Counted from the stretch's first letter, positions 19,502 to 30,212 are shown. The stretch: DNA of 64,000 nt from an uncultured Alphaproteobacteria bacterium (GCA_944389135.1 CALXLG010000004.1:2413-66412); one strand, 5' to 3'. Numbers and translations: made by a program. The notes: generated from the letters alone by a model not told the origin.

Positions 19502-19939
19502 ATGATTGACGCAAAAGGTATTGAAAATGTAATTCCTCATCGTGGTGCAATGCGCTTGGTTGATGAAATTCGTGAATATAATGAAACCAGCGGGGTTGGC
19601 ATTAAATATGTTCGTGATGATGAATTTTGGTGTGCAGGGCACTTTCCTGGCCACCCCATTATGCCAGGGGTATTACAAATAGAGGCTTTGGCACAAACAG
19701 CATGCTTTATTGCTTTATCAAATATGGGAATAACAGGTGGTAAGACATTGGGATATTTTACCACAATGGAAAAAATAAAATTCTCGCACATGGTTATGCC
19801 AGGTGATGTTCTGGAACTGCACGTGGAATTGGTTATGTCAAAAATGAGATTATATAAATTTCACGGTATCGCAATGGTAAGCGGTAAAAAAGTGGCAGAA
19901 GCAACATTTACTGCTATTATTGACCCAACAAAAGAATAA
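19502..19939 (+). CDS. fabZ: 3-hydroxyacyl-ACP dehydratase
   Basis: HFPGHPIMPGVL hotdog motif. Confidence 0.9.
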   Translation: MIDAKGIENVIPHRGAMRLVDEIREYNETSGVGIKYVRDDEFWCAGHFPGHPIMPGVLQIEALAQTACFIALSNMGITGGKTLGYFTTMEKIKFSHMVMPGDVLELHVELVMSKMRLYKFHGIAMVSGKKVAEATFTAIIDPTKE

Positions 19940-19958
19940 AAACAAAAAACAATATTTA

Positions 19959-19986
19959 AAAATGCCCAAATGGGCATTTTTTATTT
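19959..19986. terminator. bidirectional terminator
   Basis: Hairpin aaatgccc-aaat-gggcattt. Confidence 0.6.
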
Positions 19987-22200
19987 GATTGGTTCTAGTA
20001 CTTTTATCTCTTTCGTTTGCGGTATATATATCTTTGGAACGCCCGAATAACCCAACGCAGCGTGATGAGACGGTATTAAAAACTCTGGCAACGGACTGCA
20101 TTCACCCATCGCCATATAACTTGCCAGGCGCGGGTCATTAAATGCGTATTGTTTGTCCGCTTCTATTGGTCTGTGATACCACCCTTGGAATATTACAAGC
20201 TGTTTTTTATCATCCAATTTCATGATATCCATAGGCGAATAAAGCAATTCTTCACTGGTTTCTTCTTTATCTTTACCGTCTGGACCTTTGACAGTTTTTA
20301 CCTTCATCTTATACCCCATCATTTCAGAAAAGCGTTTTGCTGTATCTGGGTCGTTTTGACGCAAAACTATCTTTGCCGCAGTCGTAGATATAATTGTTGC
20401 AGCCGCATCCGCACCATATTTTTCCTGTATCTGATGTAAGTCCTGACCAATAATCAAATAAGATATCTTTTGACCACGTCCCAAATCAGGTCCTTGGATA
20501 ACTGCCTGCAACTTTTGCATTTTTGGCATTTCATCTAAAACAAATAGTACAGGATATGGTCCTAACTTATGTCCATTATTTATTGCCTCTGGTTTATTCG
20601 CCAACAAGAAATTACTCATCAATTCAATAAATATACCTGTTATCGGATTTAACGCCTGTGCATCAACCATATTTATTGATAGGTAAACTGTTACAGGTTT
20701 TATCTTGCCATCGCGTGGGTCTTTTAGACCACGCAAATCTTCAAAGTGAAAATCGGAATGGCTTGTTCTGTTACGAACGGCCGCATTGCGGAATATGCCA
20801 AGCCCCGCCATAATCGTTGATAAAATAGAACCACGTTCTTTATCAGGCGTGTTCGCCAGTTGCGTTAATTCAAGGATTGCACGATGCGCATATGCATAAC
20901 GACGCGCCTCGTCCACAGCATTTGTAAACAAATCTTTCATTGGGTCTGCCATCATGACCATTTGGTCACCTTGGCGACGACGCTCTTCTAATTCTTGCCC
21001 AATACTTATTTGGCTGGCATTTAACCAATCTAAAATCATTGATAAAGACGCCTCTTTACCAACCCATGCAGGTGGTATATGTTCCCATGTACCAATATGA
21101 ACATAGTTTGTTTCATTTAATTCCCCACGTTGTAATAATGCATGTGCAGCATATGCATTTGGGTCTGTCATCATTGATAAATAATAATCAGATAAAACAG
21201 CAGCATCTTCTTCGTCAAACGTACCTGACTTTATACGCGCATAGAAATAGTCATCTGCACGCGCACGTTCTACTTTTGAAACCATAAACTGAATTAAACC
21301 AGACAAACCAGCACGACCAGAAATAGTCCAGTGCGGGTCAGCAGAAGAACCGGCCGCATCAGGCACTAAAACATTACAAATTGAATCAATATACAAATCA
21401 CGTTGTTCTTGATTAAATGGTACATGTTCTGGTGACAATGGATTCCAAGACGGGTAATAAATGCCACGTTCTGGGTCATCCTGCCCAGCCCAATTCATAA
21501 TAAACACCGGACCAATTGTTGAACGATATGCAGACGATATCTGTTTAAGTTCAGGTTTTGGGTCATTAATAATCATTGATACTGTATTACAGTCAAAAAT
21601 TGTCGGCAAAACAACTCCATATGTTTTACCAGTTCCTGGGGGGGCAACACACAGCGCAGACAAGCATTCGTTCATCATAAGTGGCTTTTTCTTAAAGTAG
21701 CCAAGCACCATCATAAAGCCCTTAAACAATCCCATTTTTTCAATATCTTCTTTCGTCGCTTTATTAGACGATTTTTCTGCAAATTTATCGTTACCATATG
21801 GATTGAACTCTTTAACCAATGTGCTGTCCGCCATAAAATAATATGCAATTATCGGCAAAAGTGGTGTTATACACGCCAAGTCCGTTCGCATTACTGTACG
21901 TGTCATCCATGCAGGAATTTCTGCCAAGACAGAAAGCCCCCCACTGTACAACATATTTTGCAAATAAATACTGGTCCACTTTGCAGATGCCGGCGACCAA
22001 CCATATCGCCATATATGCTCTATGATAAAAGACAAAGCAAAAGCCAGCGCACAAACCAGCCATATTCCAATTGCCCAACGCAAAGACCAAAACAGCGATG
22101 CCATCGGCGTTCGCATATTTTCTTTATATGCGCTGGACTTGAATATATTCAAGCCTTTGGAGCTGCCACCTGCGGATAAAATCTTGAACTTCTCGACCAT
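19981..22200 (-). CDS. type IV secretion coupling protein (TraG/VirD4/DotL family ATPase)
   Basis: N-terminal TM segments, Walker A APPGTGKT, a DPKPEL box, Walker B LFVLDEMP, and a GQDLHQIQEKYG box typical of T4CPs. Confidence 0.65.
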   Translation of the reverse strand: MVEKFKILSAGGSSKGLNIFKSSAYKENMRTPMASLFWSLRWAIGIWLVCALAFALSFIIEHIWRYGWSPASAKWTSIYLQNMLYSGGLSVLAEIPAWMTRTVMRTDLACITPLLPIIAYYFMADSTLVKEFNPYGNDKFAEKSSNKATKEDIEKMGLFKGFMMVLGYFKKKPLMMNECLSALCVAPPGTGKTYGVVLPTIFDCNTVSMIINDPKPELKQISSAYRSTIGPVFIMNWAGQDDPERGIYYPSWNPLSPEHVPFNQEQRDLYIDSICNVLVPDAAGSSADPHWTISGRAGLSGLIQFMVSKVERARADDYFYARIKSGTFDEEDAAVLSDYYLSMMTDPNAYAAHALLQRGELNETNYVHIGTWEHIPPAWVGKEASLSMILDWLNASQISIGQELEERRRQGDQMVMMADPMKDLFTNAVDEARRYAYAHRAILELTQLANTPDKERGSILSTIMAGLGIFRNAAVRNRTSHSDFHFEDLRGLKDPRDGKIKPVTVYLSINMVDAQALNPITGIFIELMSNFLLANKPEAINNGHKLGPYPVLFVLDEMPKMQKLQAVIQGPDLGRGQKISYLIIGQDLHQIQEKYGADAAATIISTTAAKIVLRQNDPDTAKRFSEMMGYKMKVKTVKGPDGKDKEETSEELLYSPMDIMKLDDKKQLVIFQGWYHRPIEADKQYAFNDPRLASYMAMGECSPLPEFLIPSHHAALGYSGVPKIYIPQTKEIKVLEPIK

Positions 22201-22256
22201 TGTGTTATATTATAACAGAAAAATATTAAATTATAAATCAGGAAATAATAAAACTT

Positions 22257-22913
22257 GTGAAAAATATCCCACGAATCTTTATAGAACAAAATTTACAAGC
22301 CGGAATCAAAATTCCAGTTGAAAAAGACACCTCTCATTACTTAAAACACGTAATGCGCAGAAATGATTGCTTATGCTTTAATAACGGGAATGAATTTACT
22401 GCCACATTATCAGATGACGGTAAAAGCCTGTTGGTCGGTGATAAGACAAACCATTTAGACCCATCAAACGAAATTACTTTATATTTTTCACCAATAAAAC
22501 GGCTGGATGATTTATTAAATATGGCAACGCAAATGGGCGTAAAAACTTTACAACCAGTAATTACAGAGCGTACCACAGCACAACACATCAACTGGGACAG
22601 AATGAAAAAAATAATAATTGAAGCCGCTGAACAATCAAACCGCAATAGCGTACCAAGCTTGTTACCACCAAAGAAGTTTTCTGAAATTAATTTATCTGAA
22701 ATTGTTTTTGCAGACGAACGTGCAGCATACGGCAAAGCAACCGCAAATATACCCGAAGGTGTAAAAAATATTCTTGTTGGCCCAGAAGGTGGTTTTTCGG
22801 ATGCAGAATTTGATAAACTCGATAAAGCGGGCGCTATTGGAATAAGCCTTGGGCAAACAATTCTGCGGGCAGAACTGGCCGCAGCCATAGCACTTAGTAA
22901 AGTATTAAAATGA
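22257..22913 (+). CDS. rsmE: 16S rRNA (uracil1498-N3)-methyltransferase
   Basis: GTG start. GPEGGFS motif of the RsmE family. Confidence 0.8.
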   Translation: MKNIPRIFIEQNLQAGIKIPVEKDTSHYLKHVMRRNDCLCFNNGNEFTATLSDDGKSLLVGDKTNHLDPSNEITLYFSPIKRLDDLLNMATQMGVKTLQPVITERTTAQHINWDRMKKIIIEAAEQSNRNSVPSLLPPKKFSEINLSEIVFADERAAYGKATANIPEGVKNILVGPEGGFSDAEFDKLDKAGAIGISLGQTILRAELAAAIALSKVLK

Positions 22914-23608
22914 AAACACGTATTGCTAAATTTATTGCAGATGCTGGTATTGCTTCTAGACGTAAAGCCGAAGAGCTTATTGAACAGGGCGCTGTTAGCG
23001 TTAATGGCGCCATAATTAATACCCCTGTATATTTTATTGACGATAATGATGAAGTAAAAGTAAATGGTGTCAATGTATCAAAAAGAACTTCTTCCGAATT
23101 ATATGCTTTTCACAAACCTATAAATACAATGACCACGACCAGCGACCCTAACGGACGTAAAACAATTTATGACTGTTTACCTGATGAATATAAAAATCTA
23201 AAGTATGTTGGCAGATTAGACTATAAAACAACTGGACTGTTATTATTAACAAATGATGGTGCACTTGCAAAAAAATTAACGTTGCCATCTTCACATATAC
23301 CGCGTGTATATATTGCAATCGTTAATAAAATTAATTTACAAGGTTTAGAAAAAGCCAAATCTGGCATTACCGTTGACGGAATATCATATCGCCCGATGAA
23401 AATAGATGTCGTAAGCGAAGATACCATACGTGTAGAAGTCACAGAAGGAAAGAAAAATGAAGTACGAATTGTCTTACGCGCATGTGGATGTCCTGTTAGA
23501 AAATTACACCGAATATCTTTTGGAAATATAGAACTAGGAAATTTGTCGGTTGGAAAAATTCGTAAAATTTCACAGAAAACAATTGACGCAATGATAAAAA
23601 CTCTCTAA
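22910..23608 (+). CDS. pseudouridine synthase, RsuA/RluB family
   Basis: S4 domain and the GRLDYKTTGLLLLTNDG motif. Confidence 0.75.
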   Translation: MKTRIAKFIADAGIASRRKAEELIEQGAVSVNGAIINTPVYFIDDNDEVKVNGVNVSKRTSSELYAFHKPINTMTTTSDPNGRKTIYDCLPDEYKNLKYVGRLDYKTTGLLLLTNDGALAKKLTLPSSHIPRVYIAIVNKINLQGLEKAKSGITVDGISYRPMKIDVVSEDTIRVEVTEGKKNEVRIVLRACGCPVRKLHRISFGNIELGNLSVGKIRKISQKTIDAMIKTL

Positions 23609-23635
23609 TATTTAATCTAAGGAAGGGAGTTTCAT

Positions 23636-24634
23636 ATGAAAAAAAATATCTCTAAGAAAAATTCTGCTGCAAAGAAACAGGTAAAACAAATTACAAAACC
23701 TGAAATTCGTGCAAAAGAAGCAAAGCAACCATGCACAAGTTCTTGGTCTGCATCTGTTTACATTTACTGGTTTATCATTTTATTTTTCATCGCGGCAACA
23801 TTTTATATTCTAGGTCGCAGTCATGGTTCTTTTGTTGACACACAACCAACACAAAATGTTGAAATAACAGAAGAAGCACTATTGCAACCATCTGATTACT
23901 ATGAAAGTGGTAAAACAAAATTATTGGCTGGGAATATCGATGAAGCAATTACAGATTTAACTGTTGCTATTGATTCTGGAAACGCCAACGTTGATACTTA
24001 TATTTTACGTGGCGAAGCATACATGCAATCTGCAAATTACAGAAAAGCATTAGAAGATTTTAATACAGCAATTGAAAAAGACCCTGTAAATGCAATTGCA
24101 TATTATGATCGTGCATTGTTAAATATTCGTTTGGAAGATTATACCACTGCATTAAACGATATAAATAATGCTTTGGCTGCACAAACAGCAAACCCAACAC
24201 AAATTTTACAACTACGTGATTTGTATGCTAAACGTGGTCAGTTAAATCTATGGTTAAAAAATTGGGAAGGTGCAATTGCTGACTATACAAATTCTTTATC
24301 CCGTCCTGATGGTATAGTTAGCCCTTCCGTTTATGCAGAACGCGCAGAAGCGTACACTGCATTAAATAACTATACAGAAGCAATTAATGACTACACTTCT
24401 GCAATTCGCGTAATTTCAGAACAAATACAAGGTGCAACAACTGCAGAACAACGTGAATCTTTGTCCAGCAGTGCAATGTCTTACTTTGAAAAGTCAGCGG
24501 CATTAAATTTGGCATTGAATAATATTGATGCTGCTCGTTCTGATTTGGAATCTGCGTACACAATTGCGGCTGCGTTAACAGATACAGCCAGCATGGAAAG
24601 ATTGCAAGGTTTGATAAATGACCTGCAACAATAA
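23636..24634 (+). CDS. TPR-repeat membrane-anchored protein
   Basis: Basic N-terminus, one TM helix, then TPR-like repeats. Confidence 0.45.
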   Translation: MKKNISKKNSAAKKQVKQITKPEIRAKEAKQPCTSSWSASVYIYWFIILFFIAATFYILGRSHGSFVDTQPTQNVEITEEALLQPSDYYESGKTKLLAGNIDEAITDLTVAIDSGNANVDTYILRGEAYMQSANYRKALEDFNTAIEKDPVNAIAYYDRALLNIRLEDYTTALNDINNALAAQTANPTQILQLRDLYAKRGQLNLWLKNWEGAIADYTNSLSRPDGIVSPSVYAERAEAYTALNNYTEAINDYTSAIRVISEQIQGATTAEQRESLSSSAMSYFEKSAALNLALNNIDAARSDLESAYTIAAALTDTASMERLQGLINDLQQ

Positions 24635-24648
24635 TAAAAAAAAAACAA

Positions 24649-24679
24649 AAAAGAACCGCATTTTCGCGGTTCTTTTTTT
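24649..24679. terminator. bidirectional terminator
   Basis: Hairpin aagaaccgc-atttt-cgcggttctt with T-run. Confidence 0.6.
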
Positions 24680-24694
24680 ATTACTCTTTATGCA

Positions 24695-25723
24695 TTAAAA
24701 AGTTAAACGCATACCGACCGCTAAGAAAGGCGTATCCGTTGTCAAACCAATTGACGTCCAACCATCTAAATACTCACTGTACTTATATCTAAAAGAAGCA
24801 ATAACCGTGTGATCCATATAATCTTTGACATCACGGTTCCAAACACCTGTATCAGAAAAGATATAAGTCAAAGAAATACTATATTTCAAAAGGTCATAAC
24901 TTACCCCTGTACCAACTGCCAAACCGTCCGACACAGGTCCAACCGGCTTTTCATCATAAATTAAACGCGCCGACAGTCCCCATATCCAACTGTTATATTG
25001 TAAATTCATACCACCTGAAATTTGTGCACGCCAATCTGCGTTTACCAAAGGAGTATAAGAATCTGTACGATAATTATCAGGCGAATCCATAAAAGACGCC
25101 CCGAAAGAAAACGCCGTTTTTATTTTGCCGTTTGGCTGTCTAATTTTTAATCCGGCATCTATCGCATATTTATAATCATCTGTAATACCAGCTAAAGACA
25201 GCCCATATTGCACCCCATTTGTCGGCACGGTTGCCAAATTCATACGCAATGCACTGCGTCCTGTTGTTAATATCGTATCTGAAATAACAGGCCCGTTTGG
25301 TGATATTTTTTTATAAAACAGTGGCTTATCATTTACCCGCAGTCCCCCAACATCAGGCAGCCCAACACCTAATTTACGTGCAATAGAATCTGTAAAACCA
25401 AGTTCTATACGTCCCAGCTCCCTATGTTCCCAGAAAGTAAATGCTTCTCTAAAAAATTTATCTTCATCAATAGCGGCTGCATCTATAGCATATACTAACC
25501 CTAATGTCTGCCCAGAATATACTGCATAATTCATCTGCCCGCGCACACGCCAATCGCCAATAAATTCTGGTGTATCAAATTCTGGTTCTAACAAACCAGC
25601 TGTGCCATAACCGTTTAACTTAAACGCAAAGCGTCCATTGTTATATTGCAACGCCTGGGCAGTGCTTGAAAACACACCAACCGACGCAACTGCTGCCAAA
25701 GCTGTTTTAAAAATCCGGTTCAT
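24695..25723 (-). CDS. outer-membrane beta-barrel protein (porin-like)
   Basis: Signal peptide. Alternating amphipathic beta-strands. C-terminal aromatic residue (ends RLTF). Confidence 0.55.
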   Translation of the reverse strand: MNRIFKTALAAVASVGVFSSTAQALQYNNGRFAFKLNGYGTAGLLEPEFDTPEFIGDWRVRGQMNYAVYSGQTLGLVYAIDAAAIDEDKFFREAFTFWEHRELGRIELGFTDSIARKLGVGLPDVGGLRVNDKPLFYKKISPNGPVISDTILTTGRSALRMNLATVPTNGVQYGLSLAGITDDYKYAIDAGLKIRQPNGKIKTAFSFGASFMDSPDNYRTDSYTPLVNADWRAQISGGMNLQYNSWIWGLSARLIYDEKPVGPVSDGLAVGTGVSYDLLKYSISLTYIFSDTGVWNRDVKDYMDHTVIASFRYKYSEYLDGWTSIGLTTDTPFLAVGMRLTF

Positions 25724-25728
25724 ATAAA

Positions 25729-26637
25729 CTATCCTTGCGTTTCTTTTAAAATTGCATCACGTAATTTATTAAACGCCCTTTCTTCAATCTGTCTTACTCG
25801 TTCACGAGATATACCATATTTTTGTGATAAAGACTCTAATGTTGCGACAGGTTCAGACAACCGACGCGCACGGAGAATTTCTCTATCTCGTTCAGGCAAA
25901 AGTTCTAAATTTCTACGTAACAAATCGTATCCCTTGCGACGCAGTTCCATTTGTTCTATCGTATCTTCAACACTTACTTTTTCATCTGGCATATTTGATA
26001 ATACATCGCGACTATCCGAATCAGCATGTGCCGGTGCATTTAAAGAAACATCCCTAGCAGAAATTCGCGTAGACATACGTTTTACATCGTTTTCAGGAAC
26101 ATTCAAATAATTTGCAATTTGTTTGGTTTGTTCATCGGAAAGATTGTTGTCAATTATCCCCAACGCCCTTTTTGCACGCGCCAAGTTAAAAAACACTCTT
26201 TTTTGATTCGCTGACGTACCTATTTTAACAATTGACCAATTGTTTAAAATTGTTTCGTATATTTCTGCTTTTATCCAAAACATTGCGTATGTAGAAAAGC
26301 GAAACCCTTTTTCTGGGTCAAATTTTTGCAGTGCCTGCATCAAACCCATATTACCACTGGCTATTAATTCCGAAACAGGAACACCGTAATTTCTAAAATC
26401 ATACGCAACAGATACGACCAGCCTTAAATGACTGGCTAATAATTTTTCAGCCGCGTCTTTATCTTGATTTTGTACCCATTTGTTCGCATATTCATATTCC
26501 TGTTCTGCCGTTAAAATTGGGAACTTTTGTATAGTATTTATATATTGTGCCAACCCAGCCTCGTCGCTGACGCCACGGGCAGCAACCAAGCTTTGATTTT
26601 GTGGTACAGGTAAAGCTTTCTTGATTTGCTTTTTCAT
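25729..26637 (-). CDS. rpoH: RNA polymerase sigma-32 (heat shock) factor
   Basis: Sigma-70 regions 2 and 4 plus the RpoH box QKRVFFNLARAKRAL. Confidence 0.85.
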   Translation of the reverse strand: MKKQIKKALPVPQNQSLVAARGVSDEAGLAQYINTIQKFPILTAEQEYEYANKWVQNQDKDAAEKLLASHLRLVVSVAYDFRNYGVPVSELIASGNMGLMQALQKFDPEKGFRFSTYAMFWIKAEIYETILNNWSIVKIGTSANQKRVFFNLARAKRALGIIDNNLSDEQTKQIANYLNVPENDVKRMSTRISARDVSLNAPAHADSDSRDVLSNMPDEKVSVEDTIEQMELRRKGYDLLRRNLELLPERDREILRARRLSEPVATLESLSQKYGISRERVRQIEERAFNKLRDAILKETQG

Positions 26638-26702
26638 AACTTTTATAGTATACCAATAAAATAAGAATTATCAAGGCACCAATAAATACAGGAGATTTTT
26701 CC

Positions 26703-27353
26703 ATGGCATCAATTTTGGAAAGAAATAAAAACGTAAAACCAAAGAAAAAGACTCAAGAAGAATACGCAGAAGACGCATTATATCGCGAAGTCTGGGAAGA
26801 AGTTAATAATGAAAAGACACAGGCTTTTATCAAGAAATATTCCAAGCATTTAATTGCGGGTGCCTTGGCAATATTAATTATCGCAACGGCTATTCAAATT
26901 GGCGTTCAAACACACAGAAACAACAAAATCGCCATTGCAACAAACTATGAAAATGCAATTGAAAATGTTGACGCAAATGCGCTGGCTGCAATGTCAGAAA
27001 ATGCTTCAGGGGCAACTGCTGATTTGGCTTTGTTCCAAGCTTACTTACTAGACAACGATACGGCAAAAATTGAAAAGCTTGCAAACGAGGGAAATACTCG
27101 TGACTTTAGAGACCTTGCAAAAATACATGTCATAGGTATAAAAGGCGATGATATGACTGCCGAAGAAGTTGAAAAATATCTGGAATCATTGAATACAGAC
27201 AAATCACCTTTTTATTATACCAGTCGTTTGCTTGTTGCTAAAAAATATCTAAGTGCAGGAAACTCAGATAAAGGTAATAAAATTTTAGATGAAATCATAA
27301 ATGATAAAGATGCTCCGGCTGTAATATCTGCAAACGCCCAAGCATTAAAATAA
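26703..27353 (+). CDS. YfgM-like tetratricopeptide membrane protein
   Basis: N-terminal cytoplasmic segment and one TM helix. Conserved position upstream of bamB-der. Confidence 0.5.
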   Translation: MASILERNKNVKPKKKTQEEYAEDALYREVWEEVNNEKTQAFIKKYSKHLIAGALAILIIATAIQIGVQTHRNNKIAIATNYENAIENVDANALAAMSENASGATADLALFQAYLLDNDTAKIEKLANEGNTRDFRDLAKIHVIGIKGDDMTAEEVEKYLESLNTDKSPFYYTSRLLVAKKYLSAGNSDKGNKILDEIINDKDAPAVISANAQALK

Positions 27354-27362
27354 GGTAAACAA

Positions 27363-28097
27363 ATGCAAAAGAAAATAGCTTTTCTATGTTGCTTATTGGG
27401 TGTGCTATCTGCTTGTTCAGAACATGACCCAATATTACCTGGAACACGTACAGCAATATTTGATGACACTAATTTGAAGGTATTAAATCAGGACGTTCCT
27501 GATTTGCCAGAACAAATTACAGCAGAAATACAAACAGAATGCCCGTACACACAAGATTCTTCTAATGTTATCTGGAAAGGGGACAGAAAAATATTTAGTG
27601 GGTTCCCAACCAGTAATTCCGTGAAAAGCAATCAAAGCCCAGTATGCAGCAATGGATATGTTTATGCAGGCTTAACAACTGGTGAACTGGTAAAAGTAAA
27701 TCCGACAAACAGAAAAATTATATGGATTGCGGACATATATAAAACTAGCAATATGACAGGTGGTGCGTCTATCTTAGACATAATTGCACCAGTTGTCATA
27801 AAAGGAAATTATGTTTATGCAGGCGGTCTGGGCGATGCTTTCTGTAAAATAAACGCGTCTTCTGGTGATAAAAAATGGTGCTTACCCATAGGGGTTGCTG
27901 TTCCATTTATTACAACAGATAAAGTTTCTTTTGTTGTCGCAACAGACAATCAGCTATATGCAATAAGAAACTCTGATGGGGCAATATATTGGCATACAGC
28001 AATAGAAAAGCAAACTGCGCCAACATATACTGAAAAAACAATAACTGTTGGACGGCAAAAAATAAATGCAGAAACAGGAAAAATAATAACAAAATAA
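27363..28097 (+). CDS. BamB-like PQQ-repeat lipoprotein (short, 244 aa)
   Basis: Lipobox LSACS. About three PQQ/WD-like blades (YVYAG...KW repeats). Too short for a full 8-blade BamB. Confidence 0.5.
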   Translation: MQKKIAFLCCLLGVLSACSEHDPILPGTRTAIFDDTNLKVLNQDVPDLPEQITAEIQTECPYTQDSSNVIWKGDRKIFSGFPTSNSVKSNQSPVCSNGYVYAGLTTGELVKVNPTNRKIIWIADIYKTSNMTGGASILDIIAPVVIKGNYVYAGGLGDAFCKINASSGDKKWCLPIGVAVPFITTDKVSFVVATDNQLYAIRNSDGAIYWHTAIEKQTAPTYTEKTITVGRQKINAETGKIITK

Positions 28098-28134
28098 AAA
28101 CCCACATTTGTGGGCTTTTATTTTTATTCATTCT

Positions 28135-28728
28135 TTATAGCAAGCACGCTAATGTTGCACTTGTGTTTTTCAGCATAAACCAACCTATACGATAGTCTGT
28201 TGCATAAACTGTTGCCAAGAACAACGCAAGAATACCGATAACGATAATAACATTTGCTTTCTTACCACGCATACAATACAAAGCAATATTATAAAACAAG
28301 AATAAAATATACACATCAACCAACAAACTAATAATCCACATAGATGTGCAATTAAAAGCCAGTGCATTTAAAACCAATATAACCGGATAAATAAAGAATA
28401 CTGATGCCAAACCTTTTATAGCAATTTCCCAGTCCCTTTCGCCGCCTGTAATTTCAGACACCAGCATTAACAAACCACCCATAACGAACAATAACGCAAC
28501 CGCCAAAACAGGTACAATTACTATTGCAGTAAATACGGCACTGATTGTGATTGTTGCCCCACCGATTAATCTTAATAGCAATACCAACACGCCGCCTAAC
28601 AAGCCATATATAAAGGCCTTAAACATTGCTTCTTCCATATTACCGTCAGCAACAATCTTTGTAAAATAACGTTTCGGGTTAATCAAAATATCTTTAATAT
28701 GTATTAATGTCTTTTTTATTTTCTTCAT
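28135..28728 (-). CDS. Yip1-domain integral membrane protein
   Basis: Five predicted TM helices and a Yip1-like N-terminus. Confidence 0.5.
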   Translation of the reverse strand: MKKIKKTLIHIKDILINPKRYFTKIVADGNMEEAMFKAFIYGLLGGVLVLLLRLIGGATITISAVFTAIVIVPVLAVALLFVMGGLLMLVSEITGGERDWEIAIKGLASVFFIYPVILVLNALAFNCTSMWIISLLVDVYILFLFYNIALYCMRGKKANVIIVIGILALFLATVYATDYRIGWFMLKNTSATLACLL

Positions 28729-28794
28729 AAAATCACCCCCATTGATTATTTATATTTTTGCTTTATAATAAAAAAAAATCAATGGAAAAAAGAT

Positions 28795-30126
28795 ATGTTT
28801 AGAATAACTATTGCAGGACGCCCAAACACAGGTAAGTCCACTTTATTTAACGGCTTAACAGGTACGCGCGATGCGTTGGTGCACGACCGTCCTGGTGTTA
28901 CACGTGATACAATCGGTGGCAATATGCGCGAGCGCCCATATGAAATATTTGATACAGCAGGTCTGGAAAACGCTAAATCAGGCATTGCCTTAGATTCTAC
29001 GAATATGGCAATCGAAGCTATTGTAAATGCGAACGCAGTTTTATTCGTTGTAGATGGGCGAACAGGGCTTACGAACGAAGACTTAGATTGGGCGCGCCTG
29101 GTCAGACGAAAAACCAAAGCGCCTGTATTGCTGCTTGTAAACAAAGCTGAATCTGGTAAACGTTTGGGAGATACTCATGAGTTTTATAAACTTGGTTTCG
29201 GTGAACCTGTATTAATTTCTGCAGAGCATAAAAAGGGCTTTGATGAAATATATGAATTCCTAGATAAAATTGCTGGCAACGCCGAAGCTATTAAACCAGC
29301 GCACCCCGCACAACAAAAATTAAAAGTTGCGGTACTTGGGCAACCTAATGTGGGAAAATCTACACTTGTGAACCGCGTTCTTGGTGAAAAAAGACAAATC
29401 GTAATGGACGCCCCTGGAATAACCAGAGATACTGTAAAAATTCCAACTAATTTTTACGGGCGAAATATAATAATTATGGATACAGCCGGTCTACGTAGAA
29501 AAGCGGGTGTTAAAGATGATGTTGAAACTTTATCAGCATTAAAGTCTTTGGATGCAATAGACAAGGCAGACGTTGTCATATTGGTTGTAGACGCAACAAA
29601 AAACATTGAAAATCAGGCTTTAGGAATTGCGGCACGTGTATATGACGCAGGTAAAATATTATGTGTTGCACTGAACAAGTGGGATTTAGTTGATGCAACA
29701 GAACGCGATGAAAAGTTATTAAAGTTAAAGCATCAATTTACAAACTCGTTTCATCAAATAATAAAACCACTAATTCTAGCTATATCTGCAGAAACAGGGA
29801 CAGGCGTACAAAATATGTTTCGCAGAATATATGAACAATGGGATATATCTAACAGTGATGCCCCAACAAGTTTGATTAATAGAATTGTTGAAAAATTAAT
29901 AGAAACCAGACAACCACCTATGTCTAGACTTAAACGTCCAATGAAAATAAAATTTGCTCGTCAAACAGGGCGTCACCCGATGAAGATAACAATAAATGTC
30001 GGGGGCGCATCGGACATACCGGAATCTTATACAAGATACCTTCGTCGTGGTCTGGCAGAGGCATTAAAATGGGAACACTTGCCTATTGTAATTGAGTATA
30101 AAAAAGAAGATAATCCATTTGATTGA
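28795..30126 (+). CDS. der: ribosome biogenesis GTPase Der (EngA)
   Basis: Two tandem GTPase domains (GRPNTGKST and GQPNVGKST) plus a KH-like C-terminus. Confidence 0.9.
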   Translation: MFRITIAGRPNTGKSTLFNGLTGTRDALVHDRPGVTRDTIGGNMRERPYEIFDTAGLENAKSGIALDSTNMAIEAIVNANAVLFVVDGRTGLTNEDLDWARLVRRKTKAPVLLLVNKAESGKRLGDTHEFYKLGFGEPVLISAEHKKGFDEIYEFLDKIAGNAEAIKPAHPAQQKLKVAVLGQPNVGKSTLVNRVLGEKRQIVMDAPGITRDTVKIPTNFYGRNIIIMDTAGLRRKAGVKDDVETLSALKSLDAIDKADVVILVVDATKNIENQALGIAARVYDAGKILCVALNKWDLVDATERDEKLLKLKHQFTNSFHQIIKPLILAISAETGTGVQNMFRRIYEQWDISNSDAPTSLINRIVEKLIETRQPPMSRLKRPMKIKFARQTGRHPMKITINVGGASDIPESYTRYLRRGLAEALKWEHLPIVIEYKKEDNPFD

Positions 30127-30212
30127 TAAACAATCAATCTGTACCGACATAGTAACGACCTGTTATCCGCAGGTCGTTTTGCCTTATAAAAAGACGCCCC
30201 GAAGGGCGCTTC

